IMG/VR virus record: IMGVR_UViG_3300042539_001868
Coordinates: 1-62,195 of that record
DNA length: 62,195 nucleotides
Strand: one strand, 5' to 3'
Source of the DNA: a virus
Taxonomy: Duplodnaviria; Caudoviricetes
In this document: positions 16,449-26,632 of the stretch, piece after piece
Numbering within the stretch: position 1 is the stretch's first letter
Layout of the letters: every line of letters begins with the position of its first letter
Notes under the pieces: generated by a model
What the model saw: only the letters and a program-made list of their open reading frames with translations
What the model was told of the DNA's origin: nothing
Database searches by the model: none
Translations under genes and position numbers: made by a program

Positions 16449-18014
16449 TCAATTAATTCTGATTTGTTGATTTAAGATTGTATTATTGGCGTCGGCCAAA
16501 ATTGCCAAAATTTCTGCGGTTGTTTGTCCATTACCCGCGGCTACAGGAACTGGAGGCATTGTTGCGGTAGGATGAACGTGACCTATTACATATGAAAAAA
16601 TCTTTTGAAGTAATTTCATTAACTCATCACCCCTAACCATAGGATATGTAATATTTAAAATACTCTTTTCATCACCTATAAATTTATCTTGTGATATACC
16701 GTAAAGAGTTTCATTTAGATTTATCGCACCTTTAGGGCCTGATGAATCTTGGGACAATAAATAAAGTCTTTGACCTCCTAAAATTCCATAAGTAATATTG
16801 CTTGCGGTATAATCCGCAGGGTATATTGTTGATTTGTTATATTTCCCTTGAGGTCCCACTTCAGGTTTACCTTGATTGTTACCTTGGGTGACAAAAAAAC
16901 CAGTTTCTAAAGTACCTAAATCTAATGTTATTTTAGTATAAAAATATAAATAATTAATAATTTCTTTAACATCATTAAATGAGTTAACGTCTAAAGAAGG
17001 ATTACCTCTTTGATAAGTTATTTTAGATGGCGTTACCACAAACGGAAAACCATTTGTAAAATTCTGTTGACTGTTAACAGTATAACCTGTTATTTGTAAA
17101 TAACTTTCAAATAAACCTCTAATGAATTTATTAATTAAATTAACAACTTCACTTGCCGGTGTGGCAAAAAACCTTAATTCTTCCAGTGGTCCTGTGTAGT
17201 TTGTTCCGACACTTAATTGTGTAATAGTCCCGTCTTTAAATGTTGAGGTATTTGTTAAAGGTCCTGGAACAACATTATATAAACCAACACTTCCATTAAA
17301 ACTGTCTTGTAAATTTTCTAAATTATCAATATTCCAAATGATAACTTTTTTTACCACATTTATATTTTCAGTAAATGAGAAACGTGTCTCAGGTTCACCA
17401 GCAATTTTTGTTTCTGTAAAATTTGAGAGTTGAAGAAATGACCTTAGAGTATTACCTACAGGCAATCTATTTTTTGATAATTCGTTAGTTTTTCCGGCTC
17501 TGATTAATACTTCGTTTTCTTTTATAACAATATCCGCAGTTCCTCGACCTAAAATCGCATTGTCTCCGGGTTCAGGAAAAACACCTTTACTTTTAGATTC
17601 TTTATAGGTGCCGTCCGTATTTTTTATACTTGAATTTTGAATGATTCGATTACCAGACGCTAAAAACTTTTTTGACCCTTGATAGTATTCAAAAGGTGAA
17701 GTTCTTGGGTCTGAAAAAGGTCCTTGTATATAAAATTGACTTTGAAATGGAAAATCTTTATTTTGATAAATTATATGGACATATTCATTTATCTTTGGCG
17801 TTTGATAAACAAAAAAAGGAAGTAATGGTAAAAAAACAATTGGGTCTTTACTAGTCCACTTATCTAATTCTTCATTCCAATCAGGAATTGATTCAATAAT
17901 GTCTCTATAATTTTTAGTTTCAGGTATTACACGTAATCTACCTAACATCATAGGGTCATTATCGTCTAATACAATACCGGGAAAAATTATTTGATGGTCT
18001 TCTTTACTACTCAT
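16449..18014 (-). CDS. Baseplate central spike/hub, gp5/VgrG-like
   Basis: N-terminal OB-fold signature [17 protein letters not shown]...PLLP...P..NE.V; C-terminal RGDELM..L...HVHP with an HxH spike-tip motif. Confidence 0.7.
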   Translation of the reverse strand: MSSKEDHQIIFPGIVLDDNDPMMLGRLRVIPETKNYRDIIESIPDWNEELDKWTSKDPIVFLPLLPFFVYQTPKINEYVHIIYQNKDFPFQSQFYIQGPFSDPRTSPFEYYQGSKKFLASGNRIIQNSSIKNTDGTYKESKSKGVFPEPGDNAILGRGTADIVIKENEVLIRAGKTNELSKNRLPVGNTLRSFLQLSNFTETKIAGEPETRFSFTENINVVKKVIIWNIDNLENLQDSFNGSVGLYNVVPGPLTNTSTFKDGTITQLSVGTNYTGPLEELRFFATPASEVVNLINKFIRGLFESYLQITGYTVNSQQNFTNGFPFVVTPSKITYQRGNPSLDVNSFNDVKEIINYLYFYTKITLDLGTLETGFFVTQGNNQGKPEVGPQGKYNKSTIYPADYTASNITYGILGGQRLYLLSQDSSGPKGAINLNETLYGISQDKFIGDEKSILNITYPMVRGDELMKLLQKIFSYVIGHVHPTATMPPVPVAAGNGQTTAEILAILADANNTILNQQIRIN

Positions 18015-18225
18015 TAGGATTTGTTCTTAACTTATATTCTTTTAATAATAAATTATACGTATTTTCTAATTTATCTAAATGATGAGTTAATTTTATTAAA
18101 CTTTCTTTTGTATTTGAAAAATCTTCTTGGATAAAATCCATAGCAAATGTTAAATCTTTATTTGGTGAGGATTTGTATTCTTTGATAATTTTTAAAACTT
18201 TTTCTGAATCTTCTTTTTTTCCCAT
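18007..18225 (-). CDS. Hypothetical coiled-coil protein
   Basis: 72-aa ORF overlapping the spike gene start. Confidence 0.65.
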   Translation of the reverse strand: MGKKEDSEKVLKIIKEYKSSPNKDLTFAMDFIQEDFSNTKESLIKLTHHLDKLENTYNLLLKEYKLRTNPNE

Positions 18226-18228
18226 AAC

Positions 18229-20178
18229 TTAAAACTTTTTTCCATTTGCACTACTTGGTAATGAAACACCCCATGGTGGTACGGCTAACGGTGGTATAGC
18301 GACTTGAACTTTACCATTTTCGGCGTCTTCTTTAGCCATCGCTTTCATTTGACCAAATCTACTTAGAATATCTAAATTTGGACTACCATCAGGCATTGCT
18401 CCTGTAGGAATACCGATTTTTTGATATTCTTCAATTGTACCCATAAACGCTCTCGCTTCTGAATACCCATCACATAATCCTGACGCAAACAACAATGGTA
18501 ATGGTATGCCTTGTCCCCACCCTGTTGTTGCAATTGTTAATAACTGAAGAATTTCATCGATAACGCTTTTACATCGGCGCCAATCTCGAATAAAAGATGC
18601 CACCACTATTAATAATTGAATTAATTTTAAAACCATTACTATTCGTTTATCGGCCTTTTCTCTAGCCAAATCTCTAATTATCGCCTGTAGTAAATTGAAA
18701 ATATCTTTTTTAATTATATTAAATAATTCTCTAACAAAAATCGCACCTATTTTAGAAATTAATTGAGTTACAAATTTTTTGAATTTCTTTATAAAATCCA
18801 TATAAGATTGAATTTCATCTGTTTGTGCATCAAATATCATTGATAGGTTACTTTTTATAGCTTTAAACATAACAATTATTGGTAAAATAATTTTTGGTGT
18901 TAATAAAGCCCTAATAAGTCCATCACAAATTAATTTTATGAAATTAAAATCAACCGATGCTTTTATATTTGCCGAAAACGCCAAACCAAAACCTGGCCAT
19001 CTAGGGTTACTTGTTAACACATTAGTTAAATTATCCGCTGAAGATTCTAAATCAGTTTCGTCTTCCACAAATAACATTTCATTTAAAGCATCTACTAATT
19101 GAGCTGAATTGACAGGTAATTTTACATTATCACAATCTTGAAATTCAACAACCCCATTTTTAATGTTAGTTACCGTTTGTTCAATATTTCTTAAATCAAT
19201 ATCGGTAAATTCAAAAAATGATTCGTCAATACCATCAACATCTGAAAGTTTTGAAATACCACTAACATCTATTTCTCTCGCATTATCAAAACATAAACCT
19301 AAAATTCTTTGGATAATTATTGATAATTTAGTTGCGTCATCGGTTCTTTGAATACCAAAATCGCCTTCAATTGATATTGCACCACATATAGAATCTATAA
19401 TGGACGCTTGTATATTCACAAAATCAGTAATAGTGATACTACGATAATAATCAGATAAAAATTCAATAACTTTATTAATGTTATTTGCTCTATTAACTAA
19501 CGTTACTTTAAACCATCCGCCAGGCACTAAAGTAATTGGGTGTACATCAAAATATTGTATGTCAAACAAAGGTTGACCTGACCTACCTGTATAAAGTTGA
19601 CCATTATCTACAGAATATGGATTACCACTTTGAATTCTGGTATATAATTCTTTATTAAGTGAAAATGGATATATCCCTACTTGAACAGGGAGTTTTTCGT
19701 ACATGGTTCTTCCGACTTTTGTTGCCGGGTCTATCTTTAGACTACCCCTTAAATCTATTGAACTAACTTTAATATAGACACCTGTAGCGCCTGTAGTTGC
19801 TTGGTAAGTTTGTTGTTGACTACAACCAATAGCGTTAACGGATTCCTCCAATAAAATTTTCTCAATTTCAGGTCTGATTTTATTTATTGTTTTTATCAGT
19901 ATCCTTTTTAAATAACTTATAGTATTTGCACCCTTACCACCTGTTATTTTGGATATGTCTAACAATTCCTCAAACTGTGATTTGATTTGTCTTTGGAATT
20001 CTTTTGGTTGGTCTTTTAATTGGTTAACCTGAGTTGTAACTTCGGATTTGGATTTTTCTAAAGAATCTCCCGTTCTTTTTTTCGCACCGTCGTATTGACC
20101 TTTTAAATCATTATAAGCTTTCGCAGAATTGATTTTACTCTTTATTTCGTCATATCCGCTATTAGTATCTAACGCCAT
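18229..20178 (-). CDS. Hypothetical, probably structural, protein
   Basis: 649-aa ORF in the same operon as the spike gene; helical C-terminal half; no recognisable catalytic motif. Confidence 0.6.
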   Translation of the reverse strand: MALDTNSGYDEIKSKINSAKAYNDLKGQYDGAKKRTGDSLEKSKSEVTTQVNQLKDQPKEFQRQIKSQFEELLDISKITGGKGANTISYLKRILIKTINKIRPEIEKILLEESVNAIGCSQQQTYQATTGATGVYIKVSSIDLRGSLKIDPATKVGRTMYEKLPVQVGIYPFSLNKELYTRIQSGNPYSVDNGQLYTGRSGQPLFDIQYFDVHPITLVPGGWFKVTLVNRANNINKVIEFLSDYYRSITITDFVNIQASIIDSICGAISIEGDFGIQRTDDATKLSIIIQRILGLCFDNAREIDVSGISKLSDVDGIDESFFEFTDIDLRNIEQTVTNIKNGVVEFQDCDNVKLPVNSAQLVDALNEMLFVEDETDLESSADNLTNVLTSNPRWPGFGLAFSANIKASVDFNFIKLICDGLIRALLTPKIILPIIVMFKAIKSNLSMIFDAQTDEIQSYMDFIKKFKKFVTQLISKIGAIFVRELFNIIKKDIFNLLQAIIRDLAREKADKRIVMVLKLIQLLIVVASFIRDWRRCKSVIDEILQLLTIATTGWGQGIPLPLLFASGLCDGYSEARAFMGTIEEYQKIGIPTGAMPDGSPNLDILSRFGQMKAMAKEDAENGKVQVAIPPLAVPPWGVSLPSSANGKKF

Positions 20179-20184
20179 AAAATA

Positions 20185-20559
20185 TTATTTTTTTAATTTA
20201 TATGGTTCGTCTTTTTTTGACAAATCTTTTTCCAACAAATTTTGTAATAACGTATCGTCCATATCTATATCTGAAATAGAAAAAGATTCTTTACTAACAT
20301 TCGATTTTTCCCAAATGCCTGATTGTAACTTAGATAAGGTTAATTTCTTTTCTACGCAATCATTTACGATTTTTTGTTGTTTTTCAATTACCGGACCTAA
20401 CACAGTCATGTCTTCAGGTTCTTTCATCATACTTAACATTTTATTTTGAATCCTTATTGCAGTATTTCTTTGTTCAACTAATTCGTTATAAATCTCTTGC
20501 ATTAAAGATAATATGGATTCTTTTGTTAAGTTGATTTCTTTTTTTACCGGTCTTCCCAT
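20185..20559 (-). CDS. Hypothetical coiled-coil protein
   Basis: 124-aa ORF with TATTTAT just upstream (20565-20571, minus strand). Confidence 0.65.
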   Translation of the reverse strand: MGRPVKKEINLTKESILSLMQEIYNELVEQRNTAIRIQNKMLSMMKEPEDMTVLGPVIEKQQKIVNDCVEKKLTLSKLQSGIWEKSNVSKESFSISDIDMDDTLLQNLLEKDLSKKDEPYKLKK

Positions 20560-20585
20560 GTTTTATAAATATTAAATGAAGGGTT

Positions 20586-21338
20586 TTATTTAACCATCTT
20601 TTCTATTAAGTCAAAATAGATAGTCCTGTATTTTTTCATAGAACTTCTGATTTCTTTAGTACTTAAATTTGTCATATCTCTAAGAGAAAGAAGAATAATG
20701 TTTTTGTTAAATTTGTTATTATCGCTACCTATAAAGATATTATCGTAATTTTCGAATATTTCGTACAAAGCATGACCAAGTTTTATTTCGTTATCAGTCA
20801 AGTTTCCACTTTTAATAAATTTATCTAATTCATCTAAAAACTTTTTTATTATTTGTTCTGAACTTATAGATTCTGTATCAATACTGTATGAATATTCAGG
20901 GTTGTTCTCCAAATTAGTGGAGATATCTTCATATGATATTTTTCTATTTGTTTCCTTTTGGTCTTTGATAATTTGACCCATTAGATAGTTTTTACAAATA
21001 GTACCAAAGTATGAGTAAGCTTTCTTTTCTTTTGATGGTTTAAATTTATCAACTTTAGTCATCAAAAAAGAATGTGTGTCGATATGGATTTCATAAAAAT
21101 CCATATCTTTTCTGTACAGTTTATATCTTCTTATTATGGAAGATATCATTTTGTCTAATGGTTTTCTCAAAAAATCGTTGTAGATTTTGTTCTTTTCCTC
21201 AAAAGTTGTTGATTCTAAGTATCTAACAACCGCCAATTCTTCTCGAACATCAAAATAATTTGCTTGTTTTGGTTTTCTACCTTTCTTTTTTAAATCAACA
21301 CTAGTATCACCTGTTAGATTTAAGTTTTCGGTCATCAA
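20586..21338 (-). CDS. Phage late sigma factor, T4 gp55-like
   Basis: Region-2-like segment KVDKFKPSKEKKAYSYFGTICKNYL matches the gp55 family pattern F.P.K...F.YFT.I..N; YFD..EE.A N-terminus; C-terminal HTH-like helices. Confidence 0.7.
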   Translation of the reverse strand: MMTENLNLTGDTSVDLKKKGRKPKQANYFDVREELAVVRYLESTTFEEKNKIYNDFLRKPLDKMISSIIRRYKLYRKDMDFYEIHIDTHSFLMTKVDKFKPSKEKKAYSYFGTICKNYLMGQIIKDQKETNRKISYEDISTNLENNPEYSYSIDTESISSEQIIKKFLDELDKFIKSGNLTDNEIKLGHALYEIFENYDNIFIGSDNNKFNKNIILLSLRDMTNLSTKEIRSSMKKYRTIYFDLIEKMVK

Positions 21339-22150
21339 ATTTCATTTGATTCAAACGTTATGGCTCTATCATTGATAAAGAAATATTCTTTCTTAGCCGA
21401 GTCAATCCAAAACTTAACTTCATTTTCAGTTAAAACGTCTTGACCGTTTTTGTAATTCCAAAATATAGAACCATTCCTCAAGTTAACATGTTTATAACCT
21501 ATTCTAGGTATACTCATTATTTTTACGGAGTTATGTGTTAACCTTAAAAATAATTCATAACCAAAAGTTAATTTGAATGATGGTTTTAACATTCCCCAAT
21601 CAACAAAGGTAGATTTTTTTATAACCATACCTGAAATTTGAAAGTTCTGAAATTGTTGTAAAGTTTCATTTGTTAAGAAACCAATTTCTGAGGAAATATT
21701 CATAGCAAATGTTGCTTCATTAGTGAAACCAACAAAAAGACCTTTTTCATCAGTATCAACAACTATTGGTAAGAACACGTCAACATCTGAATATACTTTT
21801 GAATATTCATTAACATTCTTAAACCAAATACTTGAGTATTCGTCATCGAATTCAAAAATTGAAATCCACTTTGATTTTGCAGATTGAACTCCAAAGTTTA
21901 TTTGTTTTGAGAAATTAGGTTCTTTAGTCCATTCATATTTTACAACATTTAAATCACCAAAATCAAAGTTATTAAGATGTTCAACTAATGTAGTTTCATT
22001 TGTATGAACAATTACTAATTCATTTATTTGAGTTTTTTGTGTTTTTAAAGATTCAATACATTTGTTAAAGTAATCCTCAAATCCAAAAGGCATTGCCGAT
22101 TTTATTGGTAATATTACCGATACGTCAAATTTTTCAATGTTATTTTCCAT
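21335..22150 (-). CDS. Glycosyltransferase, GT2/GT-A fold
   Basis: VSVILP, NFSKQINFGV..AKSKWISIFEFDD; probable start at ATG 22150 (MENNIEK). Confidence 0.8.
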   Translation of the reverse strand: MENNIEKFDVSVILPIKSAMPFGFEDYFNKCIESLKTQKTQINELVIVHTNETTLVEHLNNFDFGDLNVVKYEWTKEPNFSKQINFGVQSAKSKWISIFEFDDEYSSIWFKNVNEYSKVYSDVDVFLPIVVDTDEKGLFVGFTNEATFAMNISSEIGFLTNETLQQFQNFQISGMVIKKSTFVDWGMLKPSFKLTFGYELFLRLTHNSVKIMSIPRIGYKHVNLRNGSIFWNYKNGQDVLTENEVKFWIDSAKKEYFFINDRAITFESNEI

Positions 22151-22151
22151 A

Positions 22152-23213
22152 TTATTCAGTTGTTTCAAATTTAGATAATTGTTCTTCAAATGAAGTCAAT
22201 CTTGTGTTTATGTATCTTTCAAAAAGTTGAATTGCAACTTTTTCAAATTCTTCTTTTGTTGATAAGTTCTCAACAGTTTTCAACATCTCCTCTTTCAATT
22301 CAGGTTTAACATTATCTTCCAACCAATTTTGTAAAAAGTCGGCGATAAAATCAACAACTTGATTTTTATTATTTACCCAAAGTCCATTATTCTCATTCAT
22401 CCAACTTGGTAATAAGTTTGGAACTAAACCTAAAACAGGTACTCCAACTTTCATAGATTCTAATGGGAAAGTTCCAAAACCACTTGTTTCATCAACCCAA
22501 ACAGATAAGAAACAATCTTTAAGAGTGCTAGCAAATTCTTTTTCAGAAAGACCTCTCATGTCTCTAAATGTAATCCATCTGTATTGAGGGAATTTAATAT
22601 AGAAAGTTTTAATTATGTTTATTGCGTCTCTTTGGTCTCTTGAATGGATGGCAATTATTGGTTTTGCAGGTAAACTTTGTTTTTCAAAATTATCCGAAAT
22701 AAAAGGTTTTAAAATGTCAAAAGAAACGTTTCTCATAACATTTTCAATAAATTCTTTTTGGAATTCTGAAGTCGTGATACATTTCATAAAACCTAATTGT
22801 GACCAAGTTTGACCTGGTTGTAATGTTTCTAACATATGGTCATATGCTTGACACAACACTATTTTACCACAAGGTAATTTAGACAGTTGACTCATCACAA
22901 ATCCATATAATTCAGGAATAATAACAAAATCTTCAGGCGCAACTTCTAAGTTTTGACCTTCGATTGCTTTGTGAGGAATTTTTTCCATATATTCTTTACC
23001 TAACCAACCTTCTACTCCTGAGTAATCAGGTTTCTCATGTAAAATAATTGCGTTATAACCTGCGTTTATTAATGTCATGGCTAAGTTATAAATGTAACTT
23101 ATAGACGCTTTAGCATTTCCTTTTGTGTCTTGAACAATCAAATAAATTCTTGATTTTTTTGATTTCAAGTTTTCAATAGATTTTTCGACTTTTGAAATTT
23201 GTTCTTGATTCAT
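22152..23213 (-). CDS. Glycosyltransferase, GT4-like/GT-B fold
   Basis: DFVIIPE motif; C-terminal SGFGTFPLESMKVGVPV is the GT-B nucleotide-sugar-binding motif. Confidence 0.75.
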   Translation of the reverse strand: MNQEQISKVEKSIENLKSKKSRIYLIVQDTKGNAKASISYIYNLAMTLINAGYNAIILHEKPDYSGVEGWLGKEYMEKIPHKAIEGQNLEVAPEDFVIIPELYGFVMSQLSKLPCGKIVLCQAYDHMLETLQPGQTWSQLGFMKCITTSEFQKEFIENVMRNVSFDILKPFISDNFEKQSLPAKPIIAIHSRDQRDAINIIKTFYIKFPQYRWITFRDMRGLSEKEFASTLKDCFLSVWVDETSGFGTFPLESMKVGVPVLGLVPNLLPSWMNENNGLWVNNKNQVVDFIADFLQNWLEDNVKPELKEEMLKTVENLSTKEEFEKVAIQLFERYINTRLTSFEEQLSKFETTE

Positions 23214-23217
23214 ATTT

Positions 23218-23487
23218 TTAGTATTTGTTTATTAATTTTTTATTCAGTAAACTGTTAAAGGCGATTTTGAATGGTAATGATAAACCACTTGTTTTAGCAC
23301 CTAGGGTTTCATCTAAATCGTCGTTTTCGGTTAATATTGTGTCAGTTAACATTTTAACCATTTCATATTTTACAACACTGATGTGATTTTCAGCGACGCC
23401 TGAGTTAATCATTGGAGGTTCTATATTGATATAGTCTTCAATAGCGTCCAAGTCCAAAAAATAATGTTCTCCTAATATTTTTAACAT
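23218..23487 (-). CDS. Hypothetical protein
   Basis: 89-aa ORF overlapping its neighbour within the operon. Confidence 0.7.
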   Translation of the reverse strand: MLKILGEHYFLDLDAIEDYINIEPPMINSGVAENHISVVKYEMVKMLTDTILTENDDLDETLGAKTSGLSLPFKIAFNSLLNKKLINKY

Positions 23488-24083
23488 AATTCCATTTCTT
23501 TAAGTTTTTGTTCTAACTCTTTTAATGTTGTAATTGAGTGAGTCCAATTTATGTGTTTATTATATTCCGTCTCATACTTGATAATAAATTTATTTGACGG
23601 ACACTCCAATAATAAGGTAGGATTCGAAGTAAGTAAAACATCTATTTCATCCCACATAGAATTTATTGTATGATTACTGTAAAATTTTACTTTTTCCAAA
23701 AGACATCCAAACTTTGATAAGAAAAATAAAGATGCCGGTTTTGATTTACCCATTTCATCTGAAACAATAGTTAAATCGTTGTTATCTCTTAACTTTACAT
23801 ATAATTCATTTAAATCGTTGAATGTTGTGTATTCTGTTGATTGTGCATGACCAAAAATTTCCATAGGAAATTCTTCGTAAATAAATGAATAAAGTTCTTC
23901 TTCGTTTTGAAATGTGAAATGTTCAGACAAATTCAAACTTGTAACAGGTAAACTCATTTTATATTCAAATGAATTTTCATCTTCAATACCTTCAGTCTTA
24001 TCAATCATAAATTTTTGATAAGTTTGTTCGATTTTACCTATGGTGTTTCTTAATACACCGTTGATTTCAATTCCAATTCTCAT
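23481..24083 (-). CDS. HAD-fold 5'(3')-nucleotidase-like protein with a degenerate motif I
   Basis: MRIGIEINGVLRN aligns to the IGIDIDGVL motif; C-terminal ..YNK pattern as in NT5C-type HADs. Confidence 0.6.
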   Translation of the reverse strand: MRIGIEINGVLRNTIGKIEQTYQKFMIDKTEGIEDENSFEYKMSLPVTSLNLSEHFTFQNEEELYSFIYEEFPMEIFGHAQSTEYTTFNDLNELYVKLRDNNDLTIVSDEMGKSKPASLFFLSKFGCLLEKVKFYSNHTINSMWDEIDVLLTSNPTLLLECPSNKFIIKYETEYNKHINWTHSITTLKELEQKLKEMELC

Positions 24084-24808
24084 TCTTCGTATCTTTTCAA
24101 GATTTTAGTAATCAAAGGATTTCTAACGATATCACCATCACCGAACTCAAATACACCAATATCGTTAACATCTTTGAATTTTTTAATAACATCATAAAGC
24201 CCACTGTGAGTTTTATCTTTGTAACGGTCGGTTTGTTCTAAATCACCTGATATTAAAAATTTAGAATTAAATCCAATCCTTGTCAATAGAAGTTTCATTT
24301 GATTTGGAGTGGCGTTTTGTGCTTCTTCAAATATTAAAATTGAATTATCAATGTTCATACCTCTCATATACGCCAATGCAAAGACTTCAATGATATCATT
24401 TTCTTTTAATCTTTCTCTAGCCTCTTTCCCGATTATTTTATTCATCAAATAGTAAGATGGGAATATATACGGGTCTAATTTTTCTTCTACATTACCAGGA
24501 AGAGAACCTAATTTTTCTTCCGCTTCAACCGCGGGTCTTACAATAATAATTTTTTCATATTGGTTGTTAGGGTCCGCCAACAAATCCAAAGCCGCCTTCA
24601 TAGCTATGTAACTTTTACCAACGCCAGCAGGTCCTGAACAAATTGTTATTTGGTTTTTACATAGAATGTCATAATATTTCTTTTGATTCTCGGAAAGATA
24701 TTTTTCTTTGGATTTTTTCTTAATAGTTTCAATGATAAATTCTTTCCTATTAAAGATTTTTTTCGGTTCATCACTGTTACTTGAGGTGATTTTCTTTTTT
24801 TGTACCAT
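24080..24808 (-). CDS. phoH: PhoH family ATPase
   Basis: Walker A GPAGVGKS, RPAVEAEEKLGSLPG, LAYMRG, EEAQNATP.QMK..LTRIG, GD..Q.D and DIVRNP. Confidence 0.95.
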   Translation of the reverse strand: MVQKKKITSSNSDEPKKIFNRKEFIIETIKKKSKEKYLSENQKKYYDILCKNQITICSGPAGVGKSYIAMKAALDLLADPNNQYEKIIIVRPAVEAEEKLGSLPGNVEEKLDPYIFPSYYLMNKIIGKEARERLKENDIIEVFALAYMRGMNIDNSILIFEEAQNATPNQMKLLLTRIGFNSKFLISGDLEQTDRYKDKTHSGLYDVIKKFKDVNDIGVFEFGDGDIVRNPLITKILKRYEE

Positions 24809-25388
24809 ATATTTGTTTTGGGTTTAATTTATTATAGTACGATATTGGTTGATTCCAAATCGCACATTTTTTTCCATAGAATTCATAGACTGAATTCCAA
24901 AATAAAAAATCTTTTTGATTCACTTTTGGTATATGGGATTCCGGCCATCTACATTCGGACAAACAAGAATAATGTGATAAAACATTACCAGTGTCAATGT
25001 GTCTAAAAATAGGTTTACTAGCAATTAGTCTTATTTTATTATCGTAATCCAATTGTTCTCCAACCATCATACCAATAAAATTTTGTTCTTCACATTCTTT
25101 ATACTTTATATATATGTTTTCGTGAAATAATGTATCATCATCTAAAAAACAAAAATAACCCGATTTAATTTTAGATAAAACTTCTCTACGTTTTTTATAC
25201 GCTTCAGTATCTTCACAATCCACATTGTATATTTTAATTCTTTTATCATCGTTTATAAAATCGTTATTTAAATCTTCTCTTCTATTAGATTTTGATATAT
25301 GCCAAGTTATATCGTCATTCATCAATATTGAATTGTAAATTAATTCCAAATTGTCAAATCTATATAAAGGTGTAATTATATGTAACAT
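24777..25388 (-). CDS. GT-A fold glycosyltransferase
   Basis: IITP..R..NL, YFCFLDDD (DxD), IDTG and YYN motifs. Confidence 0.7.
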   Translation of the reverse strand: MLHIITPLYRFDNLELIYNSILMNDDITWHISKSNRREDLNNDFINDDKRIKIYNVDCEDTEAYKKRREVLSKIKSGYFCFLDDDTLFHENIYIKYKECEEQNFIGMMVGEQLDYDNKIRLIASKPIFRHIDTGNVLSHYSCLSECRWPESHIPKVNQKDFLFWNSVYEFYGKKCAIWNQPISYYNKLNPKQIYGTKKENHLK

Positions 25389-25389
25389 T

Positions 25390-26019
25390 TTAGGTACTGT
25401 ATATTTTATATTTTGATAAATCAGGGTATGGTAATTCTATATCTTCATTAACTTTTTTATTACCATTATAATCATAAAATTGATTCATCAATAATAAACC
25501 TCTGGCGGATATTTCAGGTATCATGTAAAAATTCCATCCTAACATATCAAAGTAATCATCGTGGTATGAACATTCATTTCTACCACTATATCTAGCTCTT
25601 TTAAACCATTTATAAGCGGTTTCATCATCGGTCAAAATTGCCCCGCCTTTAGTTAATTTCAAATGTTTGTAAGGTCCTGTAAAAGAAATACACATATGTG
25701 TATTTGGTATATACATATCCGCAGTAAATCTTAAAGCACTATCCCAAACTTTAGTAGGGTATAGTTGATAGGCCCCTTTTAATGTAGACCCTTCCGAATT
25801 TAAAAATTTAACTTTTCCGCCGGCGTGAATTATTTCACAAGGAACCGATGGGTATGTTCTACTAGGTATTCCAATTTCTTTACCTTTAATATTTTCATAA
25901 TATAAAGAAAGAAACAATGCGTTACTTTGATTATCTAATGCAACACAATATGGTGCTCCAGTATAGTCGCAAATTTTAGACTCAAATTCTTCTGTTATTT
26001 TATACGCGTTTTTAGACAT
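25390..26019 (-). CDS. DegT/DnrJ/EryC1/StrS PLP-dependent sugar aminotransferase, short form
   Basis: FE..ICDYTGAPYCVALD...AL, DSA, SF.G..K.L...GGAILTDD and GWNFY motifs; only 209 aa. Confidence 0.8.
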   Translation of the reverse strand: MSKNAYKITEEFESKICDYTGAPYCVALDNQSNALFLSLYYENIKGKEIGIPSRTYPSVPCEIIHAGGKVKFLNSEGSTLKGAYQLYPTKVWDSALRFTADMYIPNTHMCISFTGPYKHLKLTKGGAILTDDETAYKWFKRARYSGRNECSYHDDYFDMLGWNFYMIPEISARGLLLMNQFYDYNGNKKVNEDIELPYPDLSKYKIYST

Positions 26020-26632
26020 TTTCTCTAATAATTTTACAAGGATTGCCGTAGGCCACTACATTATCTGGTATGTTTTTTGTTACAACAGAGCCAGCACCAA
26101 TAAAAACATTATCCCCTATTTTTATATTGTTAATTATTTTAGACCCAATACCTATTTGAGTCCTCTCCCCAACATAAACTCCACCTGAAATACTTACAGA
26201 AGGATTTATTGATGTATATTTACCGATAAAGCAATCATGTCCTATTGATGAATTTCTATTAATATTAACATAATCTTCCACAGTCGTATTATTGGCGATA
26301 CAAACTAAAGGTTCAATTCTTATTCCACTACCAAAATAACTATAATTCGATATCTCAGAAGATTTATGAAATAAATTAATAAATGATTTAGAATTTAAAC
26401 CGAGTTTTTTGATTAAATCGTATTTACCCTTTGGGTTAGCAAAACATAATAATAGATTTTTTTTGTCTATTAAATTATCCACAATTTCAAAATCAATAAA
26501 TTCCAATCCATTAGAATACCTTTTTTGATTATCAAATAAATAAATTTTGGGGGTTAAATATAACGAATTTAGTATGTCGCATATACTTAAAAAGTGGGGT
26601 TGAGTAAAACCGACTATCGTTATTTCATTCAT
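26012..26632 (-). CDS. Sugar O/N-acetyltransferase, NeuD/PglD family (hexapeptide repeats)
   Basis: IN..S.IGHD..IG, IG.G hexapeptide repeats and GAGSVVTKNIPDNVVAYGNPCK. Confidence 0.9.
   Translation of the reverse strand: MNEITIVGFTQPHFLSICDILNSLYLTPKIYLFDNQKRYSNGLEFIDFEIVDNLIDKKNLLLCFANPKGKYDLIKKLGLNSKSFINLFHKSSEISNYSYFGSGIRIEPLVCIANNTTVEDYVNINRNSSIGHDCFIGKYTSINPSVSISGGVYVGERTQIGIGSKIINNIKIGDNVFIGAGSVVTKNIPDNVVAYGNPCKIIRENV

Noticed and set aside
20185-20559. Terminase small subunit call
   Set aside because: Only size and helical character fit; there is no diagnostic motif and no terminase large subunit nearby.
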